A stretch of DNA of 64,000 nucleotides from contig OZ024743.1 of NCBI GenBank assembly GCA_964016885.1, forward strand, positions 210,738,001 through 210,802,000, written 5' to 3'. The position numbers and the translations under genes are program-made. Every line of letters starts with the position of its first letter. Position 1 is the stretch's first letter. The notes beneath the pieces were generated by a model. That model made no database searches, was not told where the DNA came from, and saw only the letters and a list, made by a program, of their open reading frames with translations. This stretch comes from Eledone cirrhosa (taxonomy: Eukaryota). Shown piece after piece: positions 45,201 through 61,000 of this stretch.

Positions 45201-48200
45201 CACACATGAGAGCTCTTCACTCCATAAGATATACCACAGTTTACCATCCTATTGCCACACATGAAAGCTCTTCACTCCATAAGATATACCACAGTTTATC
45301 ATCATATGGCCATACATGAAAGCTCTTCACTCCATAAGTTATACTACAGTTTACCATCATATAGCCACAGATGAAAGCCCTTCACCCCATAAGATATACC
45401 ACAGTTTACCATCCTATGGCTACACATGAAAGCTCTTCACTCCATAAGATATACCACAGTTTACCATCATATGGCCATACATGAAAGCTCTTCACTCCAT
45501 AAGATATACTACAGTTTACCATCATATAGCCACAGGTGAAAGCTCTTCACTCCATAAGATATACCACAGTTTACCATCCTATAGTCACAGATGAAAGCTC
45601 TTCACTCCATAAGATATACCACAGTTTACCATCCTATACCCAGATGAAAGCTCTTCACTCCATAAGATATACCTCAGTTTACCAACCTATAGCCACTGAT
45701 GAAACTCTTCACTCCATAAGATATACCACAGTTTAAAATCCTGTAGCCAGATGAAAGCTCTTCACCACATAAGATATACCACACTTTACCATCCTATAGC
45801 CAGATGAAACCTCTTCACTCCATAAGATATACTAGAGTTTACCATCCTATAGCCACACATGAAAGCTCTTCACTCCATAAGATATACCACAGTTTACCAT
45901 CCTGTAGCCAGATGAAAGCTCTTCACTCCATAAGATATACCACAGTTTACCATCCTATAGCCACAGATGAAACTCTTCACTCCATAAGTTATACCGCAGT
46001 TTACCATCCTATAGCCAGATGAAAGCTCTTCACTCCATAAGATATACCACAGTCTACTATCCTATTGCCACACATGAAAGCTCTTCACTCCATAAGATAT
46101 ACCACAGTTTACCATCCTATAGCCAGATGAAAGTTCTTCACTCCATAAGATATACCACAGTTTACCATCCTATAGCCACAGATGAAAGCTCTTCACTCCA
46201 TATGATATACCACAGTTTACCACCCTATAGCCAGATGAAAGCTCTTCACTCCATAAGATATACGAATTTACCATCCTATAGACACAGATGAAAGCTCTTC
46301 ACTCCATAAGATATACCACAGTTCACCACCCTATAGCCACATGAAAGCTCTTCACTCCATAAGATATACCACAGTTTACCATCCTATAGCCACAGATAAA
46401 AGCTCTTCACCCCATAAGATATACCACAGTTTACCATCCTATAGCCAGATGAAAGCTCTTCACTCCATAAGATATACCACAGTTTACCATCCTATACCCA
46501 GATGAAAGCTCTGCACTCCATCAGATATACCACAGTTTATCATCCTATGGCCACACATGAAAGCTCTTCACCCAATAAGATATACCACAGTTTACCATCC
46601 TATGGCCACACATGAAAGCTCTTCACTCCATAAGATATACCACAGTTTACCATCCTATAGCCACAGATGAAAGCTCTTCACCCCATAAGATATACCACAG
46701 TTTACCATCCTATAGCCACACATGAAAGCTCTTCACTCCATAGGATATACCACAGTTTACCATCCTATAGCCACACATGAAAGCTCTTCACTCCATAAGA
46801 TATACCACAGTTTACCATCCTATTGCCACACATGAAAGCTCTTCACTCCATAAGATATACCACAGTTTACCATCCTATGGCCACACATGAAAGCACTTCA
46901 CCCATAAGATATACCACAGTTTACCATCCTTTCGCAAGATGAAAGCTCTTCACTCCATAAGATATACCACAGTTTACCATCCCATAGCCACACATGAAAG
47001 CTCTTCACTCCATAAGATATACCACAGTTTACAATCCTATAGCCACACATGAAAGCTCTTCACTACATAAGATATACCACAGTTTACCAACCTGTAGCCA
47101 GATGAAAGCTCTTCACTCCATAAGATATACCACAGTTTACCATCCCATAGCCACACATGAAAGCTCTTCACTCCATAAGATATACCACAGTTTACCATCC
47201 TATAGCCACACATGAAAGCTCCTCACTCCATAAGATATACCTCAGTTTACCAACCTATAGCCACAGATGAAAGCTCTTCACTCCATAAGATATACCAGTT
47301 TACCATCCTATAGCCACAGATGAAAGCTCTTCACTCCATAAGATATACCACAGTTCACCACCCTATAGCCAGATGAAAGCTCTTCACTCCATCAGATATA
47401 CCACAGTTTACCATCCTATAGCCACAGATGAAAGCTCTTCACTCCATAAGATATACCAGTTTACCATCCAAAAGCAACAGATGAAAGCACTTCACTCCAT
47501 AAGATATACCACAGTTCACCACCCTATAGCCAGATGAAAGCTCTTCACTCCATAAGATATACCACAGTTTACCATCCTATAGCCACACATGAAAGCCCTT
47601 CACCCCATAAGATATACCACAGTTTACCATCATATGGCCATACATGAAAGCTCTTCACTCCATAAGATATACCACAGTTTACCATCATATAGCCACAGAT
47701 GAAAGCTCTTCACTCCATACGATATACCACAGTTTACCATCCTATAGCCACACATGAAATCTCTTCACTACATAAGATATACCACAGTTTACCATCCTGT
47801 AGCCAGATGAAAGCTCTTCACTTCATGAGATATACCACAGTTTACCATCATATAGCCACAGATGAAACTCTTCATTCCATAAGTTATACTGCAGTTTACC
47901 ATCCTATAGCCAGATGAAAGCTCTTCACTCCATAAGATATACCACAGTCTACTATCCTATCGCCACACATGAAAGCTCTTCACTCCATATGATATACCAC
48001 AGTTTACCATCCTATAGCCAGATGAAAGCTCTTCACTCCATAAGATATACCACAGTATACCATCCTGTAGCCACACATGAAAGCTCTTCACTCCATAAGA
48101 TATACCACAGTTTACCATCCTATAGCCACAGATGAAAGCTCTTCACTCCATAACATATACCACAGTTTACCACCCTATAGCCAGATGAAAGATCTTCACT

Positions 48201-51200
48201 CCATAAGATATACAAATTTACCATCCTATAGCCACAGATGAAAGCTCTTCACTCCATAAGATATACCACAGTTTACCATCCTATAGCCACAGATGAAAGC
48301 TCTTCACTCCATAAGATATACCAGTTTACCATACTATAGCCACACATGAAAGCTCTTCACTCCATAAGATATACCACAGTTTACCATCATATAGCCATGG
48401 ATGAATGCTCTTCACTCCATAAGATATACCACAGTTTACAAATCCTATAGCCACAGATGAAAGCTCTTCACCCCATAAGATATACCACAGTTTACCATCC
48501 TATAGCCACACATGAAAGCTCTTCACTCCATAGGATATACCACAGTTTACCATCCTATAGCCACACATGAAAGCTCTTCACTCCATAAGATATACCATAG
48601 TTTACCATCCTATAGCCACACATGAAAGCTCTTCACTCCATAAGATATACCACAGTTTACCATCCTATAGCCACACATGAAAGCACTTCACTCCATAAGA
48701 TATACCACAGTTTACCATCCTATAGCCACACATGAAAGCTCTTCACTCCATAAGATATACCACAGTTTACCATCCTATGGCCACACATGAAAGCTATTCA
48801 CCCATAAGATATACCACAGTTTACCATCCTTTCGCAAGATGAAAGCTCTTCACTCCATAAGATATACCACAGTTTACCATCCCATAGCCACACATGAAAG
48901 CTCTTCACTCCATAAGATATACCACAGTTTACCGTCCTATAGCCACACATGAAAGCTCTTTACTACATAAGATATACCACAGTTTACCATCCTGTAGCCA
49001 GATGAAAGCTCTTCACTCCATAAGATATACCACAGATTACCATCCTATAGCCACACATGAAAGCTCCTCACTCCATAAGATATACCTCAGTTTACCAACC
49101 TATAGCCACAGATAAAAGCTCTTCACTCCATAAGATATACCAGTTTACCATCCTATAGCCACAGATGAAAGCTCTTCACCCCATAAGATATAACACAGTT
49201 TACCATCCTATAGCCACACATGAAAGCCCTTCACCCCATAAGATATACCACAGTTTACCATCCTATGGCTACACATGAAAGCTCTTCACTCCATAAGATA
49301 TACCACAGTTTACCATCATATAGCCACAGATGAAAGCTCTTCACTCCATAAGATATACCACAGTTTACCATCCTATACCCAGATGAAAGCTCTTCACTCC
49401 ATAAGATATACCTCAGTTTACCAACCTATAGCCACTAATGAAACTCTTCACTCCATAAGATATACCACAGTTTACCATCCTATGGCCACACATGAAAGCT
49501 CTTCACCCATAAGATATACCACAGTTTACCATTCTAGAGCCAGATGAAAGCTCTTCACTCCATAAGATATACCACAGTTTACCATCCTGTAGCCACACAT
49601 GAAAGCTCTTCACTCCATAAGATATACCACAGTTTACCATCCTATAGCCACACATGAAATCTCTTCACTACATAAGATATACCACAGTTTACCATCCTGT
49701 AGCCAGATGAAAGCTCTTCACTCCATAAGATATACCACAGTTTACCATCCTATAGCCACAGATGAAACTCTTCATTCCATAAGTTATACTGCAGTTTACC
49801 ATCCTATAGCCAGATGAAAGCTCTTCACTCCATAAGATATACCACACTTTACCATCCTATAGCCAGATGAAAGATCTTCACTCCATAAGATATACCACAG
49901 TTTACCATCCTATAGCCACAGATGAAAGCTCTTCACTCCATAAGATATACCAGTTTACCATCCTATAGCCACACATGAAAGCTCTTCACTCCATAAGATA
50001 TACCACAGTTTACCATCATATAGCCATGGATGATTGCTCTTCACTCCATAAGATATACCACAGTTTACAAATCCTATAGCCACAGATGAAAGCTCTTCAC
50101 CCCATAAGATATACCACAGTTTACCATCCTATAGCCACACATGAAAGCTCTTCACTCCATAAGATATACCACAGTTTACCATCCTATAGCCACACATGAA
50201 AGCTCTTCACCCCATAAGATATACCACAATTTACCATCCTATGGCTACACATGAAAGCTCTTCACTCCATAAGATATACCACAGTTTACCATCATATGGC
50301 CATACATGGAAGCTCTTCACTCCATAAGATATACCACAGTTTACCATCCTACAGCCACAGATGAACGCTCTTCACCCCATAAGATATACCACAGTTTACC
50401 ATCCTATGGCTACACATGAAAGCTCTTCACTCCATAAGATATACCACAGTTTACCATCCTATAGCCACAGATGAAATCTCTTCACTCCATAAGATATACC
50501 ACAGTTTACCATCCTATAGTCACAGATGAAAGCTCTTCACTCCATAAGATATACCACAGTTTACCATCCTATACCCAGATGAAAGGTCTTCACTCCATCA
50601 GATATACCACAGTTTACCATCCTATGGTCACACATGAAAGGTCTTCACCCCATAAGATATACCACAGTTTACCATCCCATGGCTACACATGAAAGCCCTT
50701 CACTCCATAAGATATACCACAGTTTACCATCCTATAGCCACAGATGAAAGCTCTTCACTCCATAAGATATACCACAGTTTACCATCCTATGGCCACACAT
50801 GAAAGCTCTTCACCCATAAGATATACCACAGTTTACCATCCTGTAGCCAGATGAAAGCTCTTCACTCCATAAGATATACCACAGTTTACCATCCTATAGC
50901 CACACATGAAAGCTCTTCACGCCATAAGATATACCACAGTTTACCATCCTGTAGCCACACATAAAATCTCTTCACTACATAAGATATACCACAGTTTACC
51001 ATCCTATAGCCACACATGAAAGCTCTTCACTCCATAAGATATACCACAGTTTACCATCCTATAGCCATACATGAAAGCTCTTCACTCCATAAGATATACC
51101 ACAGTTTACCATCCTATGGCCACACATGAAAGCTCTTCACTCCATAAGATATACCACAGTTTCCCATCCTATAGCCACACATGAAAGCACTTCACTCCAT

Positions 51201-52000
51201 AAGATATACCACGGTTTACCATCATATAGCCACGGATGAATGCTCTTCACTCCATAAGATATACCACAGTTTACCATCCTATAGCCACAGATAAAAGCTC
51301 TTCACCCCATAAGATATACCACAGTTTACCATCCTATAGCCAGATGAAAGCTCTTCACTCCATAAGATATACCACAGTTTACCATCCTATAGTCACAGAT
51401 GAAAGCTCTTCACTCCATAAGATATACCACAGTTTACCATCCTATACCCAGATGAAAGCTCTTCGCCCCATAAGATATACCACAGTTTACCATCCTATGG
51501 CCACACATGAAAGCTCTTCACTCCATAAGATATACCACAGTTTACCATCCTATAACCACACATGAAAGCTCTTTAACCCATAAGATATACCACAGTTTAC
51601 CATCCTGTAGCCAGATGAAAGCTCTTCACCCCATAAGATATACCACAGTTTACCATCCTATAGCCACACATGAAAGCTTTTCACTCCATAGGATATACCA
51701 CAGTTTACCATCCTATAGCCACACATGAAAGCTCTTCACTCCATAAGATATACCACAGTTTACCATCCTATAGCCATACATGAAAGCTCTTCACTCCATA
51801 AGATATACCACAGTTTACCATCCTATGGCCACACATGAAAGCTCTTCACTCCATAAGATATACCACAGTTTACCATCCTATAGCCACAGATGAAAGCTCT
51901 TCACTCCATAAGATATACCACAGTTTACCATCCTATGGCCACACATGAAAGCTCTTCACCCATAAGATATACCACAGTTTACCATCCTTTCGCAAGATGA
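42250..52000. repeat. Domain D1: more heterogeneous satellite with ~1.9 kb periodicity
   Basis: ORF offsets are 1895 (45804/47699, 46019/47914) and 1900 (46994/48894, 47699/49599). Variants ATGGCTACAC (~42488), TGAGAGCTC (~43361) and GCCACTGATG (~43518) first appear here. Confidence 0.78.
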
Positions 52001-55000
52001 AAGCTCTTCACTCCATAAGATATACCACAGTTTACCATCCTATAGCCACACATGAAAGCTCTTCACTCCATAAGATATAGAACACATTACCATCCTATAG
52101 CCACACATGAAAGCTCTTCACTACATAAGATATACCACAGTTTACCATCCTGTAGCCAGATGAAAGCTCTTCACTCCATAAGATATAACACAGATTACCA
52201 TCCTATAGCCACACATGAAAGCTCCTCACTCCATAAGATATACCTCAGTTTACCAACCTATAGCCACAGATGAAAGCTCTTCACTCCATAAGATATACCA
52301 GTTTACCATCCTATAGCCACAGATGAAAGCTCTTCACTCCATAAGATATACCACAGTTTACCACCTTATAGCCAGATGAAAGCTCTTCACTCCATAAGAT
52401 ATACCACAGTCTACCATCCTATAGCCACAGATGAAAGCTCTTCACTCCATCAGATATACCACAGTTTACCATCCTATAGCCAGAGATGAAAGCTCTTCAC
52501 TCCATAAGATATACCAGTTTACCATCCTAAAGCCACAGATGAAAGCACTTCACTCCATAAGATATACCAGTTTACCATCCTATAGCCACAGATGAAAGCT
52601 CTTCACTCCATAAGATATACCACAGTTCACCACCCTATAGCCAGATGAAAGCTCTTCACTCCATAAGATATACCACAGTTTACCATCCTATAGCCACACA
52701 TGAAAGCTCTTCACTCCATAAGATATACCACAGTTTACCATCATATAGCCATCAATGAATGCTCTTCACTCCATAAGATATACCACAGTTTACCATCCTA
52801 TAGCCACAGATGAAAGCTCTTCACCCCATAAGATATACCACAGTTTACCATCCTAGAGCCAGATGAAAGCTCTTCACTCCATAAGATATACCACAGTTTA
52901 CCATCCTATAGCCACAGATAAAAGCTCTTCACTCCATAAGATATACCACAGTTTACCATCCTATAGCCACACATGAAAGCTCTTTACTCCATAAGATATA
53001 CCACAGTTTACCATCCTATAGCCACACATGAGAGCTCTTCACTCCATAAGATATACCACAGTTTACCATCCTATGGCCACACATGAAAGCCCTTCACCCC
53101 ATAAGATATACCATAGTTTACCATCATATGGCCATACATGAAAGCTCTTCACTCCATAAGATATACTACAGTTTACCATCATATAGCCACATATGAAAGC
53201 TCTTCACTCCATAAGATATACCACAGTTTACCATCCTATAGTCACAGATGAAAGCTCTTCACTCCATAAGATATACCACAGTTTACCATCCTATACCCAG
53301 ATGAAAGCTCTTCACTCCATAAGATATACCTCAGTTTACCAACCTATAGCCACTGATGAAACTCTTCACTCCATAAGATATACCACAGTTTAAAATCCTG
53401 TAGCCAGATGAAAGCTCTTCACCACATAAGATATACCACACTTTACCATCCTATAGCCAGATGAAAGCTCTTCAATCCATAAGATATACCAGAGTTTACC
53501 ATCCTATAGCCACAGATGAAAGCTCTTCACTCCATAAGATATACCACAGTTTACCATCCTATGGCCACACATGAAAGCTCTTCACCCATAAGATATACCA
53601 CAGTTTACCATCCTAGAGCCAGATGAAAGCTCTTCACTCCATAAGATATACCACAGTTTACCATCCTATAGCCACACATGAAATCTCTTCACTACATAAG
53701 ATATACCACAGTTTACCATCCTGTAGCCAGATGAACGCTCTTCACTCCATAAGATATACTAGAGTTTACCATCCTATAGCCACACATGAAAGCTCTTCAC
53801 TCCATAAGATATACCACAGTTTACCATCCTATAGCCACACATGAAATCTCTTCACTACATAAGATATACCACAGTTTACCATCCTGTAGACAGATGAACG
53901 CTCTTCACTCCATAAGATATACTAGAGTTTACCATCCTATAGCCACACATGAAAGCCCTTCACCCCATAAGATATACCACAGTTTACCATCCTATGGCTA
54001 CACATGAAAGCTCTTCACTACATAAGATATACCATAGTTTACCATCATATGGCCATACATGAAAGCTCTTCACTCCATAAGATATACTACAGTTTACCAT
54101 CATATAGCCACAGATGAAAGCTCTTCACTCCATAAGATATACCACAGTTTACCATCATATAGTCACAGATGAAAGCTCTTCACTCCATAAGATATACCAC
54201 AGTTTACCATCCTATACCCAGATGAAAGCTCTTCACTCCATAAGATATACCTCAGTTTACCAACCTATAGCCACTGATGAAACTCTTCACTCCATAAGAT
54301 ATACCACAGTTTAAAATCCTGTAGCCAGATGAAAGCTCTTCACCACATAAGATATACCACACTTTACCATCCTATAGCCAGATGAAAGCTCTTCAATCCA
54401 TAAGATATACCAGAGTTTACCATCCTATAGCCACAGATGAAAGCTCTTCACTCCATAAGATATACCACAGTTTACCATCCTATGGCCACACATGAAAGCT
54501 CTTCACCCATAAGATATACCACAGTTTACCATCCTAGAGCCAGATGAAAGCTATTCACTCCATAAGATATACCACAGTTTACCATCCTATAGCCACACAT
54601 GAAATCTCTTCACTACATAAGATATACCACAGTTTACCATCCTGTAGACAGATGAACGCTCTTCACTCCATAAGATATACCACACTTTACCATCCTATAG
54701 CCACACATGAAAGCTCTTCACTCCATAAGATATACCACAGTTTACTATCCTGTAGCCAGATGAAAGCTCTTCACTCCATAAGATATACCACAGTTTACCA
54801 TCCTATAGCCACAGATGAAACTCTTCACTCCATAAGTTATACCGCAGTTTACCATCCTATAGCCAGATGAAAGCTCTTCACTCCATAAGATATACCACAG
54901 TCTACTATCCTATTGCCACACATGAAAGCTCTTCACTCCATAAGATATACCACAGTTTACCATCCTATAGCCAGATGAAAGCTCTTCACTCCATAAGATA

Positions 55001-58000
55001 TACCACAGTTTACCATCCTATAGCCACAGATGAAAGCTCTTCACTGCATAAGATATACCACAGTTTACCACCCTATAGCCAGATGAAAGCTCTTCACTCC
55101 ATAAGATATACGAATTTACCATCCTATAGACACAGATGAAAGCTCTTCACTCCATAAGATATACCACAGTTCACCACCCTATAGCCAGATGAAAGCTCTT
55201 CACTCCATAAGATATACCACAGTTTCCCATCCTATAGCCACACATGAAAGCTCTTCACTCCATAAGATATACCACAGTTTACCATCATATAGCCACGGAT
55301 GAATGCTCTTCACTCCATAAGATATACCACATTTTACCATCCTATAGCCACAGATAAAAGCTCTTCACCCCATAAGATATACCACAGTTTACCATCCTAT
55401 AGCCAGATGAAAGCTCTTCACTCCATAAGATATACCACAGTTTACCATCCTATACCCAGATGAAAGCTCTTCACTCCATCAGATATACCACAGTTTATCA
55501 TCCTATGGCCACACATGAAAGCACTTCACCCCATAAGATATACCACAGTTTACCATCCTATGGCCACACATGAAAGCTCTTCACTCCATAAGATATACCA
55601 CAGTTTACCATCCTATAGCCACAGATGAAAGCTCTTCACCCCATAAGATATACCACAGTTTACCATCCTATAGCCACACATGAAAGCTCTTCACTCCATA
55701 GGATATACCACAGTTTACCATCCTATAGCCACACATGAAAGCTCTTCACTCCATAAGATATACCACAGTTTACCATCCTATAGCCACACATGAAAGCTCT
55801 TCACTCCATAAGATATACCATAGTTTACGATCCTATAGCCACACATGAAAGCTCTTCACTCCATAAGATATACCACAGTTTACCATCCTATAGCCACAGA
55901 TGAAGGCTCTTCACTCCATAAGATATACCACAGTTTACCATCCTATGGCCACACATGAAAGCACTTAACCCATAAGATATACCACAGTTTACCATCCTTT
56001 CGCAAGATGAAAGCTCTTCACTCCATAAGATATACCACAGTTTACCATCCCATAGCCACACATGAAAGCTCTTCACTCCATAAGATATACCACAGTTTAC
56101 CATCCTATAGCCACACATGAAAGCTCTTCACTACATAAGATATACCACAGTTTACCATCCTGTAGCCAGATGAAAGCTCTTCACTCCATAAGATATACCA
56201 CAGATTACCATCCTATAGCCACACATGAAAGCTCCTCACTCCATAAGATATACCTCAGTTTACCAACCTATAGCCACAGATGAAAGCTCTTCACTCCATA
56301 AGATATACCAGTTTACCATCCTATAGCCACAGATCAAAGCTCTTCACTCCATAAGATATACCACAGTTTACCACCCTATAGCCAGATGAAAGCTCTTCAC
56401 TCCATAAGATATACCAGTTTACCATCCAAAAGCAACATATGAAAGCAATTCACTCCATAAGATATACCACAGTTCACCACCCTATAGCCAGATGAAAGCT
56501 CTTCACTCCATAAGATATACCACAGTTTACCATCCTATAGCCACACATGAAAGCTCTTCACTCCATAAGATATACCACAGTTTACCATCATATAGCCATC
56601 GATGAATGCTCTTCACTCCATAAGATATACCACAGTTTACCATCCTATAGCCACAGATGAAAGCTCTTCACCCCATAAGATATACCACAGTTTACCATCC
56701 TAGAGCCAGATGAAAGCTCTTCACTCCATAAGATATACCACAGTTTACCATCCTATAGCCACAGATGAAAGCTCTTCACTCCATAAGATATACCACAGTT
56801 TACCATCCTATAGCCACACATGAAAGCTCTTTACTCCATAAGATATACCACAGTTTACCATCCTATAGCCACACATGAGAGCTCTTCACTCCATAAGATA
56901 TACCACAGTTTACCATCCTATGGCCACACATGAAAGCCCTTCACCCCATAAGATATACCACAGTTTACCATCCTATGGCTACACATGAAAGCTCTTCACT
57001 CCATAAGATATACCACAGTTTACCATCCTATGGCCACACATGAAAGCTCTTCACTCCATAAGATATACCACAGTTTACCATCCTAGAGCCAGATGAAAGC
57101 TCTTCACTCCATAAGATATACCACAGTTTACCATCCTATAGCCACACATGAAATCTCTTCACTACATAAGATATACCACAGTTTACCATCCTGTAGACAG
57201 ATGAATGCTCTTCACTCCATAAGATATACCACACTTTACCATCCTATAGCCACACATGAAAGCTCTTCACTCCATAAGATATACCACAGTTTACCATCCT
57301 GTAGCCAGATGAAAGCTCTTCACTCCATAAGATATACCACAGTTTACCATCCTATAGCCACAGATGAAACTCTTCACTCCATAAGTTATACCGCAGTTTA
57401 CCATCCTATAGCCAGATGAAAGCTCTTCACTCCATAAGATATACCACAGTCTACTATCCTATTGCCACACATGAAAGCTCTTCACTCCATAAGATATACC
57501 ACAGTTTACCATCCTATAGCCAGATGAAAGCTCTTCACTCCATAAGATATACCACAGTTTACCATCCTATAGCCACAGATGAAAGCTCTTCACTGCATAA
57601 GATATACCACAGTTTACCACCCTATAGCCAGATGAAAGCTCTTCACTCCATAAGATATACCACAGTTCACCACCCTATAGCCAGATGAAAGCTCTTCACT
57701 CCATAAGATATACCACAGTTTCCCATCCTATAGCCACACATGAAAGCTCTTCACTCCATAAAATATACCACAGTTTACCATCATATAGCCACGGATGAAT
57801 GCTCTTCACTCCATAAGATATACCACATTTTACCATCCTATAGCCACAGATAAAAGCTCTTCACCCCATAAGATATACCACAGTTTACCATCCTATAGCC
57901 AGATGAAAGCTCTTCACTCCATAAGATATACCACAGTTTACCATCCTATACCCAGATGAAAGCTCTTCACTCCATCAGATATACCACAGTTTATCATCCT

Positions 58001-61000
58001 ATGGCCACACATGAAAGCACTTCACCCCATAAGATATACCACAGTTTACCATCCTATGGCCACACATGAAAGCTCTTCACTCCATAAGATATACCACAGT
58101 TTACCATCCTATAGCCACAGATGAAAGCTCTTCACCCCATAAGATATACCACAGTTTACCATCCTATAGCCACACATGAAAGCTCTTCACTCCATAGGAT
58201 ATACCACAGTTTACCATCCTATAGCCACACATGAAAGCTCTTCACTCCATAAGATATACCACAGTTTACCATCCTATAGCCACACATGAAAGCTCTTCAC
58301 TCCATAAGATATACCATAGTTTACGATCCTATAGCCACACATGAAAGCTCTTCACTCCATAAGATATACCACAGTTTACCATCCTATAGCCACACATGAA
58401 AGCTCTTCACTCCATAAGATATACCACAGTTTACCATCCTATAGCCACAGATGAAGGCTCTTCACTCCATAAGATATACCACAGTTTACCATCCTATGGC
58501 CACACATGAAAGCACTTAACCCATAAGATATACCACAGTTTACCATCCTTTCGCAAGATGAAAGCTCTTCACTCCATAAGATATACCACAGTTTACCATC
58601 CCATAGCCACACATGAAAGCTCTTCACTCCATAAGATATACCACAGTTTACCATCCTATAGCCACACATGAAAGCTCTTCACTACATAAGATATACCACA
58701 GTTTACCATCCTGTAGCCAGATGAAAGCTCTTCACTCCATAAGATATACCACAGATTACCATCCTATAGCCACACATGAAAGCTCCTCACTCCATAAGAT
58801 ATACCTCAGTTTACCAACCTATAGCCACAGATGAAAGCTCTTCACTCCATAAGATATACCAGTTTACCATCCTATAGCCACAGATGAAAGCTCTTCACTC
58901 CATAAGATATACCACAGTTTACCACCCTATAGCCAGATGAAAGCTCTTCACTCCATAAGATATACCAGTTTACCATCCAAAAGCAACATATGAAAGCAAT
59001 TCACTCCATAAGATATACCACAGTTCACCACCCTATAGCCAGATGAAAACTCTTCACTCCATAAGATATACCACAGTTTACCATCCTATAGCCACACATG
59101 AAAGCTCTTCACTCCATAAGATATACCACAGTTTACCATCATATCGCCATCGATGAATGCTCTTCACTCCATAAGATATACCACAGTTTACCATCCTATA
59201 GCCACAGATGAAAGCTCTTCACCCCATAAGATATACCACAGTTTACCATCCTACAGCCAGATGAAAGCTCTTCACTCCATAAGATATACCACAGTTTACC
59301 ATCCTATAGCCACAGATGAAAGCTCTTCACTCCATAAGATATACCACAGTTTACCATCCTATAGCCACACATGAAAGCTCTTTACTCCATAAGATATACC
59401 ACAGTTTACCATCCTATAGCCACACATGAGAGCTCTTCACTCCATAAGATATACCACAGTTTACCATCCTATGGCCACACATGAAAGCCCTTCACCCCAT
59501 AAGATATACCACAGTTTACCATCCTATGGCTACACATGAAAGCTCTTCACTCCATAAGATATACCATAGTTTACCATCATATGGCCATACATGAAAGCTC
59601 TTCACTCCATAAGATATACTACAGTTTACCATCATATAGCCACAGATGAAAGCTCTTCACTCCATAAGATATACCACAGTTTACCATCCTATAGTCACAG
59701 ATGAAAGCTCTTCACTCCATAAGATATACCACAGTTTCCCATCCTATACCCAGATGAAAGCTCTTCACTCCATAAGATATACCTCAGTTTACCAACCTAT
59801 AGCCACTGATGAAACTCTTCACTCCATAAGATATACCACAGTTTAAAGTCCTGTAGCCAGATGAAAGCTCTTCACCACATAAGATATACCACACTTTACC
59901 ATCCTATAGCCAGATGAAAGCTCTTCAATCCATAAGATATACCAGAGTTTACCATCCTATAGCCACAGATGAAAGCTCTTCACTCCATAAGATATACCAC
60001 AGTTTACCATCCTATGGCCACACATGAAAGCTCTTCACCCATAAGATATACCACAGTTTACCATCCTAGAGCCAGATGAAAGCTCTTCACTCCATAAGAT
60101 ATACCACAGTTTACCATCCTATAGCCACACATGAAATCTCTTCACTACATAAGATATACCACAGTTTACCATCCTGTAGCCAGATAAACGCTCTTCACTC
60201 CATAAGATATACTAGAGTTTACCATCCTATAGCCACAGATGAAACTCTTCACTCCATAAGTTATACCGCAGTTTACCATCCTATAGCCAGATGAAAGCTC
60301 TTCACTCCATAAGATATACCACAGTCTACTATCCTATTGCCACACATGAAAGCTCTTCACTCCATAAGATATACCACAGTTTACCATCCTATAGCCAGAT
60401 GAAAGCTCTTCACTCCATATGATATACCTCAGTTTACCATCCTATAGCCACAGATGAAAGCTCTTCACTCCATAAGATATACCACAGTTTACCACCCTAT
60501 AGCCAGATGAAAGCTCTTCACTCCATAAGATATACGAATTTACCATCCTATAGACAGAGATGAAAGCTCTTCACTCCATAAGATATACCACAGTTCACCA
60601 CCTTATAGCCAGATGAAAGCTCTTCACTCCATAAGATATACCACAGTTTCCCATCCTATAGCCACACATGAAAGCTCTTCACTCCATAAGATATACCACA
60701 GTTTACCATCATATAGCCACGGATGAATGCTCTTCACTCCATAAGATATACCACATTTTACCATCCTATAGCCACAGATAAAAGCTCTTCACCCCATAAG
60801 ATATACCACAGTTTACCATCCTATAGCCAGATGAAAGCTCTTCACTCCATAAGATATACCACAGTTTACCATCCTATACCCAGATGAAAGCTCTTCACTC
60901 CATCAGATATACCACAGTTTATCATCCTATGGCCACACATGAAAGCTCTTCACCCCATAAGATATACCACAGTTTACCATCCTATGGCCACACATGAAAG

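Noticed and set aside
48430-50080. 56-bp monomers with a 1-bp insertion (TTTACAAATCC) at ~48435 and ~50064 as possible sequencing errors or a special element
   Set aside because: They occur twice in the same monomer context, so they are a real inherited variant, but only another duplication marker.
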